A model generated the notes under the pieces. The model worked only from the letters and a program-made list of their open reading frames with translations, was not told the origin of the DNA and ran no database searches. From the IMG/VR virus record IMGVR_UViG_3300036801_000212, positions 1-64,000 of that record: a stretch of 64,000 nucleotides of DNA. One strand, written 5' to 3'. Origin of the DNA: a virus. Taxonomy: Duplodnaviria > Heunggongvirae > Uroviricota > Caudoviricetes. Position 1 is the first letter of the stretch. Every line of letters starts with the position of its first letter. The translations under genes and the position numbers were made by a program. Shown piece by piece: positions 25,989 through 34,685 of this stretch.

Positions 25989-26373
25989 CGAATCGGTTCG
26001 GACGGACTGGCCGGAACTGGCGGACGCATTGGATGAGTTAGTGGGGTGCACAACTTTCTCACTGGACCGGATCGAGACCGCAGGAAACGCTGCCAAGATG
26101 CGGTTCAACTTTGGCGAGAAAGGTGAACCTACTGACGACATGTGGCGTGGTGTAGCTCGTGCCGTTGCCGAGGCGTTTGGATATAGGGAAGCGGCTGGAG
26201 TGATCGGAAGCTTGACGGCCGAGAACGAGAAGCTACTGACACGCGCTGAGCATGCCGAGTCCGAGCTAGCACGGACACGGGAAGAGCGCGACCGGTTCAA
26301 GCTCATTGCCGACCTGGCCATCGACTCGTGGAATCGTCTCGCCCGTTACCCGACGGAATACGAGAGTGAGTGA
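25942..26373 (+). CDS. hypothetical protein (N-terminal codons lie within IS right end)
   Basis: ORF; first ~15 codons coincide with IS right-end hairpin, so true start uncertain. Confidence 0.35.
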   Translation: MMNEESPGFSRGEQVNESVRTDWPELADALDELVGCTTFSLDRIETAGNAAKMRFNFGEKGEPTDDMWRGVARAVAEAFGYREAAGVIGSLTAENEKLLTRAEHAESELARTREERDRFKLIADLAIDSWNRLARYPTEYESE

Positions 26374-26545
26374 GCGGTGCATGAACTCTGGCTGGCGGCG
26401 GAGAACGAATGGCTTCGCGCAGTGCGTGAACTTTTGACAGAGATCGTCGATGAATGTCTTGAGTTGGACGGTAGGAAAGAGTTGGTGATCCCAGTTTCGC
26501 TTCGCTGGAAGATAGTTACCGCACGTGATGCGTTGGGGATGTGAT

Positions 26546-27670
26546 ATGACGCTTACCGCTCGAAGCTACTGCTCTGGGTATCTCGGGTTGGATCGTGCCG
26601 TCCGTGATGCATTCGGCGACTTCGAGGTGCTTAGCCATTCCGACATCAAGCCCGCTTCGATGGCACTCTTGGACTATCACTACCCCGACGTTCCGAATCT
26701 TGGCGACATGCGCAAGATTGACTACGACAGCTTAGAGCCAGCAGATTTGTGGATCGGTTCATGGCCATGCGTCGGTGAATCCGTCGCCGGGAAAAGACTA
26801 GGAGAGGACGACCCCCGTGATCTCTGGCCCGAGTACTACCGAGGCATCAAAGCCACGCGGCCGAAAATCTTCTTCGGCGAGAACGTTGCCCGAATCACCT
26901 CAAGTGGTGGCCTTCGCCGAGTTGTCCAAGGTCTTGCCGAACTCGGGTATGTGGGGTGTTGGCGGGTGCTCAGCGCTGCCGACGTCGGAGCATGTCATCT
27001 GCGGAAGAGATGTTTTGTCGTTGCTGCCGACGCCGACGGCGAAGTTGGGTGGTCCCCGCGGAACACCAAGTCAGGAGACGGCGAGAGCGCGGATGGCTTC
27101 CGGTCGAAGGAATCTGGACGACGCGATCATGGCGCTGGATTGACGCTCCTCCCGACTCCCCGAGAGTCTGACGGCACCAAGGGCGGTCCGGGGATGCGCG
27201 GATCGTCCGGGGACTTGATGTTGCCGTCTGCGGTGATGTTGCTGCCTACTCCGACTGTCAACGACTCACGTGGTGGCCGGAACGCTACAGCTAACCGCTC
27301 GCCGGGGATGGATCATCACCATTCTGGCTGGACGCTCTCCGACATTGCACATGCTGAACGGTGGGGAATCTATGCCGAGGCGATCGCTCGACACGAGGGG
27401 GTCCTCGGTAGGCCCGCGCCGACGCCGACGCAGCTCAGTGAACGCAATGGAAAACCACAATTGAGCAGTCGCTTCGTCGAGTTCATGATGATGCTCCCAG
27501 AAGGTTGGGTAACCGACGTTCCTAACCTGGTCGATAGTCCCCGTAAGCCTGTGCGAAATGCGCAGCTCTCCCTTCTTGGCGATGGCGTTGTCCCACCTCA
27601 AGCCACTGCGGCGTTCCGCTTCCTACTCGATCATCTCGCTCAGCGTCTGGGATCGGAGATAGCAGCATGA
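26546..27670 (+). CDS. DNA cytosine-5 methyltransferase
   Basis: Motif I-like YCSGYLGLD, catalytic motif IV GSWPCVGES (PC), motif VI ENV, motif VIII HLRKRCFVVA. Confidence 0.8.
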   Translation: MTLTARSYCSGYLGLDRAVRDAFGDFEVLSHSDIKPASMALLDYHYPDVPNLGDMRKIDYDSLEPADLWIGSWPCVGESVAGKRLGEDDPRDLWPEYYRGIKATRPKIFFGENVARITSSGGLRRVVQGLAELGYVGCWRVLSAADVGACHLRKRCFVVAADADGEVGWSPRNTKSGDGESADGFRSKESGRRDHGAGLTLLPTPRESDGTKGGPGMRGSSGDLMLPSAVMLLPTPTVNDSRGGRNATANRSPGMDHHHSGWTLSDIAHAERWGIYAEAIARHEGVLGRPAPTPTQLSERNGKPQLSSRFVEFMMMLPEGWVTDVPNLVDSPRKPVRNAQLSLLGDGVVPPQATAAFRFLLDHLAQRLGSEIAA

Positions 27671-28257
27671 TCAGGTACCGGACGCTGGTCGTCGACCCTC
27701 CCTGGCCACAGAAAGGCGGAGGTCCGCTGAAGGGCGGACACGGCGAGGGATTCGTTGGAACCACCGGGTCGCAGCCGATGCCGTACCGGACAATGTCCAT
27801 CGCTGAAATCAAGGCACTGCGCGTGGCCGATGTGGCCGATGCTGGATGTCACCTCTATCTGTGGACCACGAACGGCTTCCTTCGTGACGCGTTTGATGTT
27901 GTCAAGGCGTGGGGATTCACCTTTTCCACTCTCCTGACCTGGGCGAAGAAGCCAATGGGTGGTGGACTGGGTGGCGCCTACGGTATCTCTTCTGAGTACA
28001 TCCTTTTCGCCCGGCGGGGAACTCTTCCTGCGCTGTCCCGGGTTAGTGGAACGTGGTTCAACTGGAAGCGTCCGTATGATAAGCGTGGGAAGCCGATGCA
28101 TTCGGGGAAGCCGCCGGAGTTCTTTGAGATGGTCGAGACGGTTAGCCCGGGTCCGAGGCTAGAGATGTTCGCTCGCAGGTCTCGGGAGGGTTGGGATTCG
28201 TGGGGAGACCAGGCTCCCGCTTCTGTTGATCTGTCAGCTTTGGACGGTGCGGCATGA
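27667..28257 (+). CDS. MT-A70-family N6-adenine DNA methyltransferase
   Basis: VVDPPWP (DPPW catalytic motif) and LYLWTTN...WGF.F......W.K pattern; ATGA overlap. Confidence 0.8.
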   Translation: MIRYRTLVVDPPWPQKGGGPLKGGHGEGFVGTTGSQPMPYRTMSIAEIKALRVADVADAGCHLYLWTTNGFLRDAFDVVKAWGFTFSTLLTWAKKPMGGGLGGAYGISSEYILFARRGTLPALSRVSGTWFNWKRPYDKRGKPMHSGKPPEFFEMVETVSPGPRLEMFARRSREGWDSWGDQAPASVDLSALDGAA

Positions 28258-28658
28258 CATTCCGCATCCTTCTAACTGGCTCAAGGCTTTGGCTAGATCG
28301 TCCAGCCATCATTCGTGGTCTATGCGACTCCCTCCGCAACTCTCCCGAAGACGAACCCGCCGTCCTCGTCCACGGTGCCGCGGTTGGTGCAGACTCTATC
28401 GCTCACTCAATCTGGTGTGGTTGGGGTCAAGCGTTCGGAGACCCCTATCTTCCCCCGGAAAAATATCCTTCGAAAGACTTCCAAACTCCGCTCGAACGCA
28501 ACAAGTACATGGTCAGTCTAGGTGCTGACGTCTGCGTAGTTTTCGCCATGAAATGGTCCTCGGGCTCTGGTCACTGTGCACGTCTAGCACGTGCCGTCAA
28601 GATTCCCGTTCTCGACTTTGGCGTGTCCACTGCATATTCCGACCGCGCTGTACTGTAG
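28254..28658 (+). CDS. DUF2493 (SLOG/DprA-like Rossmann) family protein
   Basis: ILLTGSRLWLDRPAI...LVHGAAVGADSIAHSIW pattern typical of phage DUF2493 proteins. Confidence 0.55.
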   Translation: MTFRILLTGSRLWLDRPAIIRGLCDSLRNSPEDEPAVLVHGAAVGADSIAHSIWCGWGQAFGDPYLPPEKYPSKDFQTPLERNKYMVSLGADVCVVFAMKWSSGSGHCARLARAVKIPVLDFGVSTAYSDRAVL

Positions 28659-28829
28659 GGAGTTAGAGTTGACATGCTATGAGAGACCTTTCCTCGACTA
28701 CACCGGTCCCCTGCCGGATTCGCAGCTTCGCGCAGCTGCGGGGTTTGTCAGTCGGAAGCTTGCGAACGATCCGTGGATGAGCGAGGCGCTGGAGATGTTG
28801 GGTCTTGACGGGATAGAACTGGAGGCGTA

Positions 28830-29045
28830 GTGACAACTGACCGTTCTCATTCTCAGTGTTGGGTAGACGACCACTACGAACACCAATGCCAAGAACCGTC
28901 TGGTCGGACATGTATTGACTGCGATGAGACTGCCGGTACGTGGTGGGGACCGTATTGGTGTCCAGACTGCGATGTCAAACGTCTGGACAGGTGCAGTGCT
29001 GGGTTCGCTGAGATCGCGGCGGTGTTCGCCAAGGAAGTCGATTGA
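28830..29045 (+). CDS. small Cys-rich (Zn-ribbon-like) protein
   Basis: GTG start overlapping TAG; multiple CxxC pairs (CIDCDE, CPDCD). Confidence 0.4.
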   Translation: MTTDRSHSQCWVDDHYEHQCQEPSGRTCIDCDETAGTWWGPYWCPDCDVKRLDRCSAGFAEIAAVFAKEVD

Positions 29046-29093
29046 ACATTTGTGCAACTGTGAAGCTTGCCAAGCTCTCGCCGAGGAGATGCG

Positions 29094-29801
29094 ATGAGTA
29101 TTGATCTACCAGACGAGGTGCGGGAACGAGCAGCCAAGGCTGGATGGCGCGCCTACTGGGAAAACGAGCGCGGTCCCGAAGAGGACCTTTGGGGACGGCG
29201 GTATTGGCTTGCCGCCGCGGATGCCGTAGCCGAGGTACTAGCCGAACACGCCCATGTGGAACGCAACGAGATGAAGGCCGAGATGGCCACGAAAGCTGAG
29301 GCCGCGCGCAAGTGGGAGCGCATGGCCGAGAGTAGTCGCGCTGAGCGAGATGCATTGCGACGCAAGCTACGGAAGGCGAACAAGCACCGTAAGCGTCTCG
29401 AAGCACGCGCAGACAAGCTCGCCGATGAGTTGGACCTCGTCTCTAGAGGCTGGGAAGCGCGCGTGGCTGCCCGAGATAAGCGACATGAGGAGCACAGCGC
29501 TGTAACCGAGGAACGCGACCAGCTTCGGCTGAAGGTCGCCGAGCAGGCCAACCAGTGCGATGCCATGTCTCAGATGCTGCGTCGGATGGCACGGAAGCGC
29601 ACCGCGGATCGCGGCATGGCGCGTCTAAGCCTCAGCTACTGGACTTCCGCGAGGGATTTAGCCGTGGAGCAGCGGGACAAGCTCCGTGACGAGATGGTGT
29701 CAGCTCTGGGACTGCCGCCCATGTCGACCCCATGGGAGTGGGGATACGCACATAAAGTGGTGATTGACCGGATCAAGAAACTCCAGTCACAGTCGTCGTG
29801 A
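29094..29801 (+). CDS. coiled-coil protein (Arg/Glu/Ala-rich)
   Basis: ATG after GAGGAG; long heptad-like charged helices. Confidence 0.5.
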   Translation: MSIDLPDEVRERAAKAGWRAYWENERGPEEDLWGRRYWLAAADAVAEVLAEHAHVERNEMKAEMATKAEAARKWERMAESSRAERDALRRKLRKANKHRKRLEARADKLADELDLVSRGWEARVAARDKRHEEHSAVTEERDQLRLKVAEQANQCDAMSQMLRRMARKRTADRGMARLSLSYWTSARDLAVEQRDKLRDEMVSALGLPPMSTPWEWGYAHKVVIDRIKKLQSQSS

Positions 29802-29804
29802 ACT

Positions 29805-30020
29805 ATGAGTGAGACTTCCTGGCTGGCTCAAGCGGATCAATATAGACACCCTTACGAGATCAAGCTAACTGAATGGGTGGCCGCGACGAAGGTACGTCTG
29901 GCTCAAGGCGAGGATTCAACTCGGGTGTGGAACACGGTGGCGTTGGATTTGTACCAGGCCATAGGTATTCCCGCTCCGTGGCTGGCTTCAGCGTTGATCA
30001 GATTGGCGAGGCAGCCGTGA
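29805..30020 (+). CDS. hypothetical protein
   Basis: ORF. Confidence 0.4.
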   Translation: MSETSWLAQADQYRHPYEIKLTEWVAATKVRLAQGEDSTRVWNTVALDLYQAIGIPAPWLASALIRLARQP

Positions 30021-30202
30021 AGACACTGCCGGTCGTAGTCAAGGGCGTGCTCACGTTCCTCACCGTTCTGCTCGCCTTCGTGGCTTCCGGTGCTATTCGA
30101 CATGCACTTGGACTTGGCAGCGACACTCCGTTTTCGTTGATCATCGTGTTTTGTTGCAGTTTCGGGTTCACGTACTTCGCCTTACATCTCTTCTGGGGGT
30201 GA
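30017..30202 (+). CDS. small membrane protein
   Basis: GTGA overlap; two hydrophobic helices. Confidence 0.35.
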   Translation: MKTLPVVVKGVLTFLTVLLAFVASGAIRHALGLGSDTPFSLIIVFCCSFGFTYFALHLFWG

Positions 30203-30207
30203 CACTT

Positions 30208-30390
30208 ATGAAAGACATAGCAAACTCACACATGCTGGGTTATGCACTCAGCGTAACCGCGATCGTCTTCACGGGATGGTATCTGGTCTCAGGTGACGTC
30301 AAGATTGAGTTCTCCGCAATTTGGTGGCAACTTACCCAACTCAACTTTTGGTTGTGGATTGTATCGCACGAGTGGTTGGAGACGAAGTGA
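30208..30390 (+). CDS. small membrane protein
   Basis: ATG after GGGGG; hydrophobic helices; Trp-rich. Confidence 0.4.
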   Translation: MKDIANSHMLGYALSVTAIVFTGWYLVSGDVKIEFSAIWWQLTQLNFWLWIVSHEWLETK

Positions 30391-31070
30391 GCGACCTGTT
30401 GTGGAAGGCGACCCGCCCGGATGGCACGACCCGGGGTGGTGTGCGGTGGACGGTCGGTGAGGTGACGACTCATCCCACTTCGACCGTGATGGTGCGGGAT
30501 CGTGCGGAAACGTATTTGTCGCTAAGTTCCGAGCCGGGCGAGACGCTGATCGGCGGCAGCTGGCCGTGCCGGCTTTTCAGAGTCGAACCGGTCGGCGACG
30601 TGACCACCTCGGACGAGCACGCGCACAAGCGGTGCGTGCTGGCGGCGCGGGTGGTGGAGGAGGTGCCGGCGCATCTGGCGCTTGGCCCGATGGGTGTGCA
30701 CGTCGCCGCGCTGATCGCCCGCGCGAAGACGCTCACGGAAGCGGAGGTACGGAATCTGGCCGCCGCCTGGTCCGCCGCCGGGTCCGCCGCCTGGTCCGCC
30801 GCCGGGCACGCCAGGCACGCCGCCGGGTCCGCCGCCTGGTCCGCCGCCCGGTACGCCGCCTGGTCCGCCGCCTGGTCCGCCGCCCGGTACGCCGCCCGGT
30901 GCGCCGCCCGGTGCGCCGCCGAGTCCGCCGCCGTGGCTCTTGTGGTGCGCGGCCTCATCGGTGCCCCCGGATGGGACCAGGCCGCCTACGACCTGCTGAC
31001 TGGAACCTGGGCACGGGTGATCGGCCCGGCGCACCCGGATGACGCGCCTGTCCGAGCATGGACGGAATGA
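30387..31070 (+). CDS. hypothetical protein with ATRPDG N-terminal motif and AAWSAAG low-complexity repeat tract
   Basis: GTGA overlap; LWKATRPDGTTRGGVRWTVGEV...; nucleotide-level tandem repeats gccgcctggtccgccgccggg between 30770 and 30930. Confidence 0.5.
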   Translation: MSDLLWKATRPDGTTRGGVRWTVGEVTTHPTSTVMVRDRAETYLSLSSEPGETLIGGSWPCRLFRVEPVGDVTTSDEHAHKRCVLAARVVEEVPAHLALGPMGVHVAALIARAKTLTEAEVRNLAAAWSAAGSAAWSAAGHARHAAGSAAWSAARYAAWSAAWSAARYAARCAARCAAESAAVALVVRGLIGAPGWDQAAYDLLTGTWARVIGPAHPDDAPVRAWTE

Positions 31071-31300
31071 CGGCCGGAATGAGGATGCGTAACTTCTTCT
31101 GGTTCACCGTAGGCGTTGTCACCGGAGTGATGTCGCTGTGTGCCTACGCTATGTACTGGGCGAAGGCACGCACCAAGATTGCTTCGTTGCGCTGTCCTTA
31201 CTGCGACAAAAGATTCACTTGTCGTCACGGGGAAACTGACGCCGCGATCCAGTATCACCAAGAATTTGATTGTCCCGAGTACGAAAGTGAGATGGATTGA
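31067..31300 (+). CDS. membrane protein with C-terminal Zn-finger (CPYC...C..H...C)
   Basis: ATGA overlap; TM helix FFWFTVGVVTGVMSLCAYAMYW. Confidence 0.45.
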   Translation: MTAGMRMRNFFWFTVGVVTGVMSLCAYAMYWAKARTKIASLRCPYCDKRFTCRHGETDAAIQYHQEFDCPEYESEMD

Positions 31301-31489
31301 ATGCGTATCGCTGGTCGTCGGATGCGGGCACGCGTATACAAACTGTCGGACGGCTGGTATTGGTGGTGTCCGAGTCCTTGCGCTCGCGGCGGGGATAAGG
31401 TCCGGACTTTTGACGGCGCCATGGAAGAGTTGTTGATACATTTTCGCGAGCATCGCGTGTTTGGTTTCCAGACTGGGAGGAAGAAGTAG
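31301..31489 (+). CDS. small hypothetical protein
   Basis: ATG directly after upstream TGA. Confidence 0.4.
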   Translation: MRIAGRRMRARVYKLSDGWYWWCPSPCARGGDKVRTFDGAMEELLIHFREHRVFGFQTGRKK

Positions 31490-32373
31490 TGCTCTGGTTC
31501 ATCATTGCGATGTTGGTGGCGTGCATCGCTGTCGTATTGATCGTGGTAGATAGGGGGTTGGAGTCCGGTCACGAGATGAAGAGCGCTGGGACCCTCGCCG
31601 GAATCTCCCTCTTGGTGATCGCTGCCGTCGTGACCCTCTGCGACATGGCCACCGCGGTCTCGGCGAATTCGGTGGGCATCGAAACCAAGTTCGGTCGGCC
31701 GGTTGGCACCTTGCAATCCGGTCTGCATTTCCTCGCGCCGTGGGCGGACGTACAAGAATTCAGTACGCGGGTGCAAGTGACCGACCGTCAGCAGAGCGCC
31801 CAAGGTGATGTGCCCGGTGCCGATTGCGTGCAAGTGAACTTGAAGGGCGGAGCGTCCGCGTGCGCTGATGTGGCGGTCCGGTACGTGATCAACCCGACTG
31901 ATGCGATTGACCTGTGGCGTCGGTATGGTGATTTCGACACGGTTCGGGACCGGTTGCTGCGAACGGCGACGGACAACGCGGCGAAGTTGGTTTACGGACA
32001 GTTTGACCCGCAGTCCGCAATCTCTGGGGATGCGTTGCCGCAGCTCACTGCCGGGTTGACCAAGGAGTTGACCAACCAGTTGGCATCTTCTGGGCTGACC
32101 TTGGTGGCTATCGCTCCCGGTCAACTGCATCTGTCACCGGACGTGCAGCAGCGGATCAACGACGTGCTCAACGCGGCCACCCAGACGCAGATCGCGCAGC
32201 AAACCCTGGCGCGCAACCAGGCGCAAGCGGCGGCCAACCAGGCGTTGCAGGGGTCACTGTCCCAGCAGGTGTTGATCCAGCAGTGCATCGAGGCGGCGAA
32301 GGAGATTCACCCAGCGGTTTTCGACTGTTGGCCTGGCAATGCCGCCACGCCACTCGTGAATGTGAGTCGGTGA
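31489..32373 (+). CDS. SPFH/band-7 (stomatin/prohibitin-like) membrane protein
   Basis: N-terminal TM helix, core IETKFGRPVGTLQSGLHFLAPWADV resembling band-7 GLHFK/PF motif, followed by Gln-rich coiled coil. Confidence 0.6.
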   Translation: MLWFIIAMLVACIAVVLIVVDRGLESGHEMKSAGTLAGISLLVIAAVVTLCDMATAVSANSVGIETKFGRPVGTLQSGLHFLAPWADVQEFSTRVQVTDRQQSAQGDVPGADCVQVNLKGGASACADVAVRYVINPTDAIDLWRRYGDFDTVRDRLLRTATDNAAKLVYGQFDPQSAISGDALPQLTAGLTKELTNQLASSGLTLVAIAPGQLHLSPDVQQRINDVLNAATQTQIAQQTLARNQAQAAANQALQGSLSQQVLIQQCIEAAKEIHPAVFDCWPGNAATPLVNVSR

Positions 32374-32996
32374 TGCTGAGCCACCAGGAGTACTCCGATA
32401 AGGCTCACAAAGCCTCCCACGTCGCCGCGGGGGAAACAAACACCTTCCAGCAGCAACAGTCTTGGGCTCATCGAACTACCTGCTTCCACCGTACCAACGG
32501 TAAGGAAGAGAAGTGGAGTAGGGAGAAGTCCCCGAGAGGGGTTTACTCCACGTGGTTGCGGGGTGACATTGCGGTGCTGAACCCAGACCTAGACCCCCAA
32601 GGTCTCGCCTACCTCATTGGCCGGAAGATCGTCGGTGTCGACATGACTGAAGGTGAGCTGAGGTTCCACACCGACAGTGAGACTCTGACCTATGCGGTAG
32701 ATGGCGACTGCTGTTCCCGTAGTTACTTCTACGATATGCACGGCAAAGAGAAGCTACTCGAGAACGGTCCCGTTGTTTCCATCGGAACGATCGAGCTTGA
32801 CAAACCTGACGACAAAGACCCAGACGACGACTACGAGTCTCACTACGTCCAGGCTTATGGTTTCGAGATTGTCACTAAACATCCCAAGTGGGGAGAGCAA
32901 ACTACTACGTTCTCTTTCCGCAACGACTCGAACGGTTGCTACGGCGGCGAGATGCACTTCGTCGGAGAAAGCCGGCGGAAAATTGGCCAAACGTAA
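32370..32996 (+). CDS. hypothetical protein
   Basis: GTGATG start overlapping upstream stop; ORF. Confidence 0.45.
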   Translation: MMLSHQEYSDKAHKASHVAAGETNTFQQQQSWAHRTTCFHRTNGKEEKWSREKSPRGVYSTWLRGDIAVLNPDLDPQGLAYLIGRKIVGVDMTEGELRFHTDSETLTYAVDGDCCSRSYFYDMHGKEKLLENGPVVSIGTIELDKPDDKDPDDDYESHYVQAYGFEIVTKHPKWGEQTTTFSFRNDSNGCYGGEMHFVGESRRKIGQT

Positions 32997-33024
32997 AGAT
33001 TATGGACGCGGAGGAAGAGGACAA

Positions 33025-33288
33025 ATGACCGAACAGGAATGTAATCACATTCCGGGCAGCGGATATGGGAGCGGCGTAGCTCGGGGCAGAGCTGAACTAA
33101 GGGCGTGGGCGACCGACACAACCCTGGAAGGTCATGTCTGTGAGGTCACCATTTCACGGTGCACTGATTGCGGGCAACTCGTGATTTTCGCGCAGGTCAA
33201 CGAGGACAAGTTTCCCGTATGGAAGGGCTGGATCACCTTCCCCACCACGCTTGTTGAGATGAAGATGGACCTGAGGAAGAAAAAGTAA
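33025..33288 (+). CDS. small Cys-containing protein
   Basis: ATG after GGAGGAAGAGG; C..H...C..CTDCG. Confidence 0.4.
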   Translation: MTEQECNHIPGSGYGSGVARGRAELRAWATDTTLEGHVCEVTISRCTDCGQLVIFAQVNEDKFPVWKGWITFPTTLVEMKMDLRKKK

Positions 33289-33462
33289 GCGCCGGCGGAA
33301 AATAATCCCTTCCCCCAAAAGGAAAATCGATGGAAGACGAACCCGAAGAGGTCACCTGCAAAGTATGTGGCTGTCTAGGTCTACGTCACGAAGAGGACGA
33401 GACTCTAGTTGTGCATCCAAGAAGTCTAGTTCCCTGTCGGGAGTCTGAATGAAAGGTACAAA

Positions 33463-34290
33463 GTGAGTATTTACGACTATGACGCCTACTACCTGACCGA
33501 TCTAGCCAAGGGCGCCCACAACAGCCCAGACGAAGGGTTGTGCCTGATGGAGTTGACGGCGATGTTCGCCCGGGAGCAGCACTCTGACAGTCCGCGGTGT
33601 GTGTCACCCGTGTTGGGCGAATTCGGCCGGAGCTTGAACGATGTGTTGCCGGACGGTCTGCGGCAGGAGTTGAAGGGACTGATCCCGTCGCTGCCCGGTA
33701 CTGCAAACGATGGCTGGGATGAGCGGCGGAGCTTTATGGCGTTGGATTGGCTGATCCGGACGTGGCTGCCGGCGTGGCTGGACCTTTCGCCTCAGTGCCG
33801 CGAGGGCGCCCGGAGGGTGCGTGAACTGGGTCGGATCGTTGACTTGGTTTCAGCTGAGCGTGCCGGATCGATCGTGCGGGAGGCGCAGAAGGGCGCGGCT
33901 GCCGCTCGGGCTGCCGTTCGGGATGCCGCTTGGAATGCCGCTTGGAATGCCGCTCGGGATGCCGCTGGGGATGCCGCTAGCGCTGCCGCTCGGGCTGCCG
34001 CTTGGGATGCCGCTCGGGATGCCGCTCGGGCTGCCGCTCGGGCTGCCGCTCGGGCTGCCGCTGGGGATGCCGCTCGGGATGCCGCTTGGGCTGCCGCTTG
34101 GGATGCCGCTGGCGCTGCCGCTTGGGATGCCGCTTGGGATGCCGCTTGGGATGCCGCTGGCGCCGCCGCTTGGGATGCCGCTCGGGATGCCGCTGGGGCT
34201 GCCGCTGGGGCAGCTTTAAGTCCCACGGTTCATGGGTTGCAGCTATCTGCAATCGATCTGTTCGCCGAGATGATTAAGAACCCGCGGTGA
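33463..34290 (+). CDS. family C copy 2 fused to AAW[DN]AA low-complexity repeat tract
   Basis: N-terminal ~110 aa paralogous to 16241..16654; C-terminal repeats encoded by tandem gatgccgct(c/t)gg(g/a) units 33900-34200. Confidence 0.5.
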   Translation: MSIYDYDAYYLTDLAKGAHNSPDEGLCLMELTAMFAREQHSDSPRCVSPVLGEFGRSLNDVLPDGLRQELKGLIPSLPGTANDGWDERRSFMALDWLIRTWLPAWLDLSPQCREGARRVRELGRIVDLVSAERAGSIVREAQKGAAAARAAVRDAAWNAAWNAARDAAGDAASAAARAAAWDAARDAARAAARAAARAAAGDAARDAAWAAAWDAAGAAAWDAAWDAAWDAAGAAAWDAARDAAGAAAGAALSPTVHGLQLSAIDLFAEMIKNPR

Positions 34291-34325
34291 CGCTGCCGTG
34301 AGCCGACGGAGAAGGAAAGTGAGCA

Positions 34326-34685
34326 TGGATTTCAATGATGCAGAGCCCTATATCAACAAGTTGAAGGCGTTCCAAACTTCACGGGAGATCGCGAAGTTCC
34401 TGATTGGAGAGGGGATCAAGGCTGAACAGCGGCGGAATATGTCTTGTGCTCTCGCCGAGTAACATTCATGAGGGTTCCGGCACTTACGTGTCAGTCAGCT
34501 ACGAGAACATCTGCTCGTCCTCTGTGCGCCTAGACAGCACAAATCCCCGCTCCCGGCAGTGTTACCTCGAAGACGATGGAACGCTGAGTTGGGTCGAGAG
34601 TGAAGTTCTCGCCGTCCCCACCGCGGCGATGAAAAAGTTCATCAGGGACTTTGACCTGGGCGAGTACCCCGAACTCATCGGGTAG
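34326..34685 (+). pseudogene. amplified family B, degraded copy 6 (N-terminal 45 codons then frame change)
   Basis: MDFNDAEPYINKLKAFQTSREIAKFLIGEGIKAEQRRNMSCALAE stop; C-terminal FIRDFDLGEYPELIG in another frame ending 34685. Confidence 0.4.

Noticed and set aside
26377-26544. 55-codon GTG ORF between 26373 and the C5-methyltransferase gene
   Set aside because: It is plausible as a coupled small gene, but it has no RBS or motif. It was not included as a feature.
28669-28830. Possible TTG-initiated small gene between DUF2493 gene and 28830
   Set aside because: Only a TTG start is available and the Shine-Dalgarno match is weak. It could be real but was left unannotated for lack of support.
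33792-34277. ORFs 33821..34219(+), 34002..34277(+), 33792..34226(-), 33977..34252(-) inside the AAWDAA repeat tract; similarly 30470..31042 on both strands
   Set aside because: These are alternate-frame readings of DNA tandem repeats (LPLGMPLG..., RHPKRQ...). The frame continuous with the conserved N-terminal domains was preferred.
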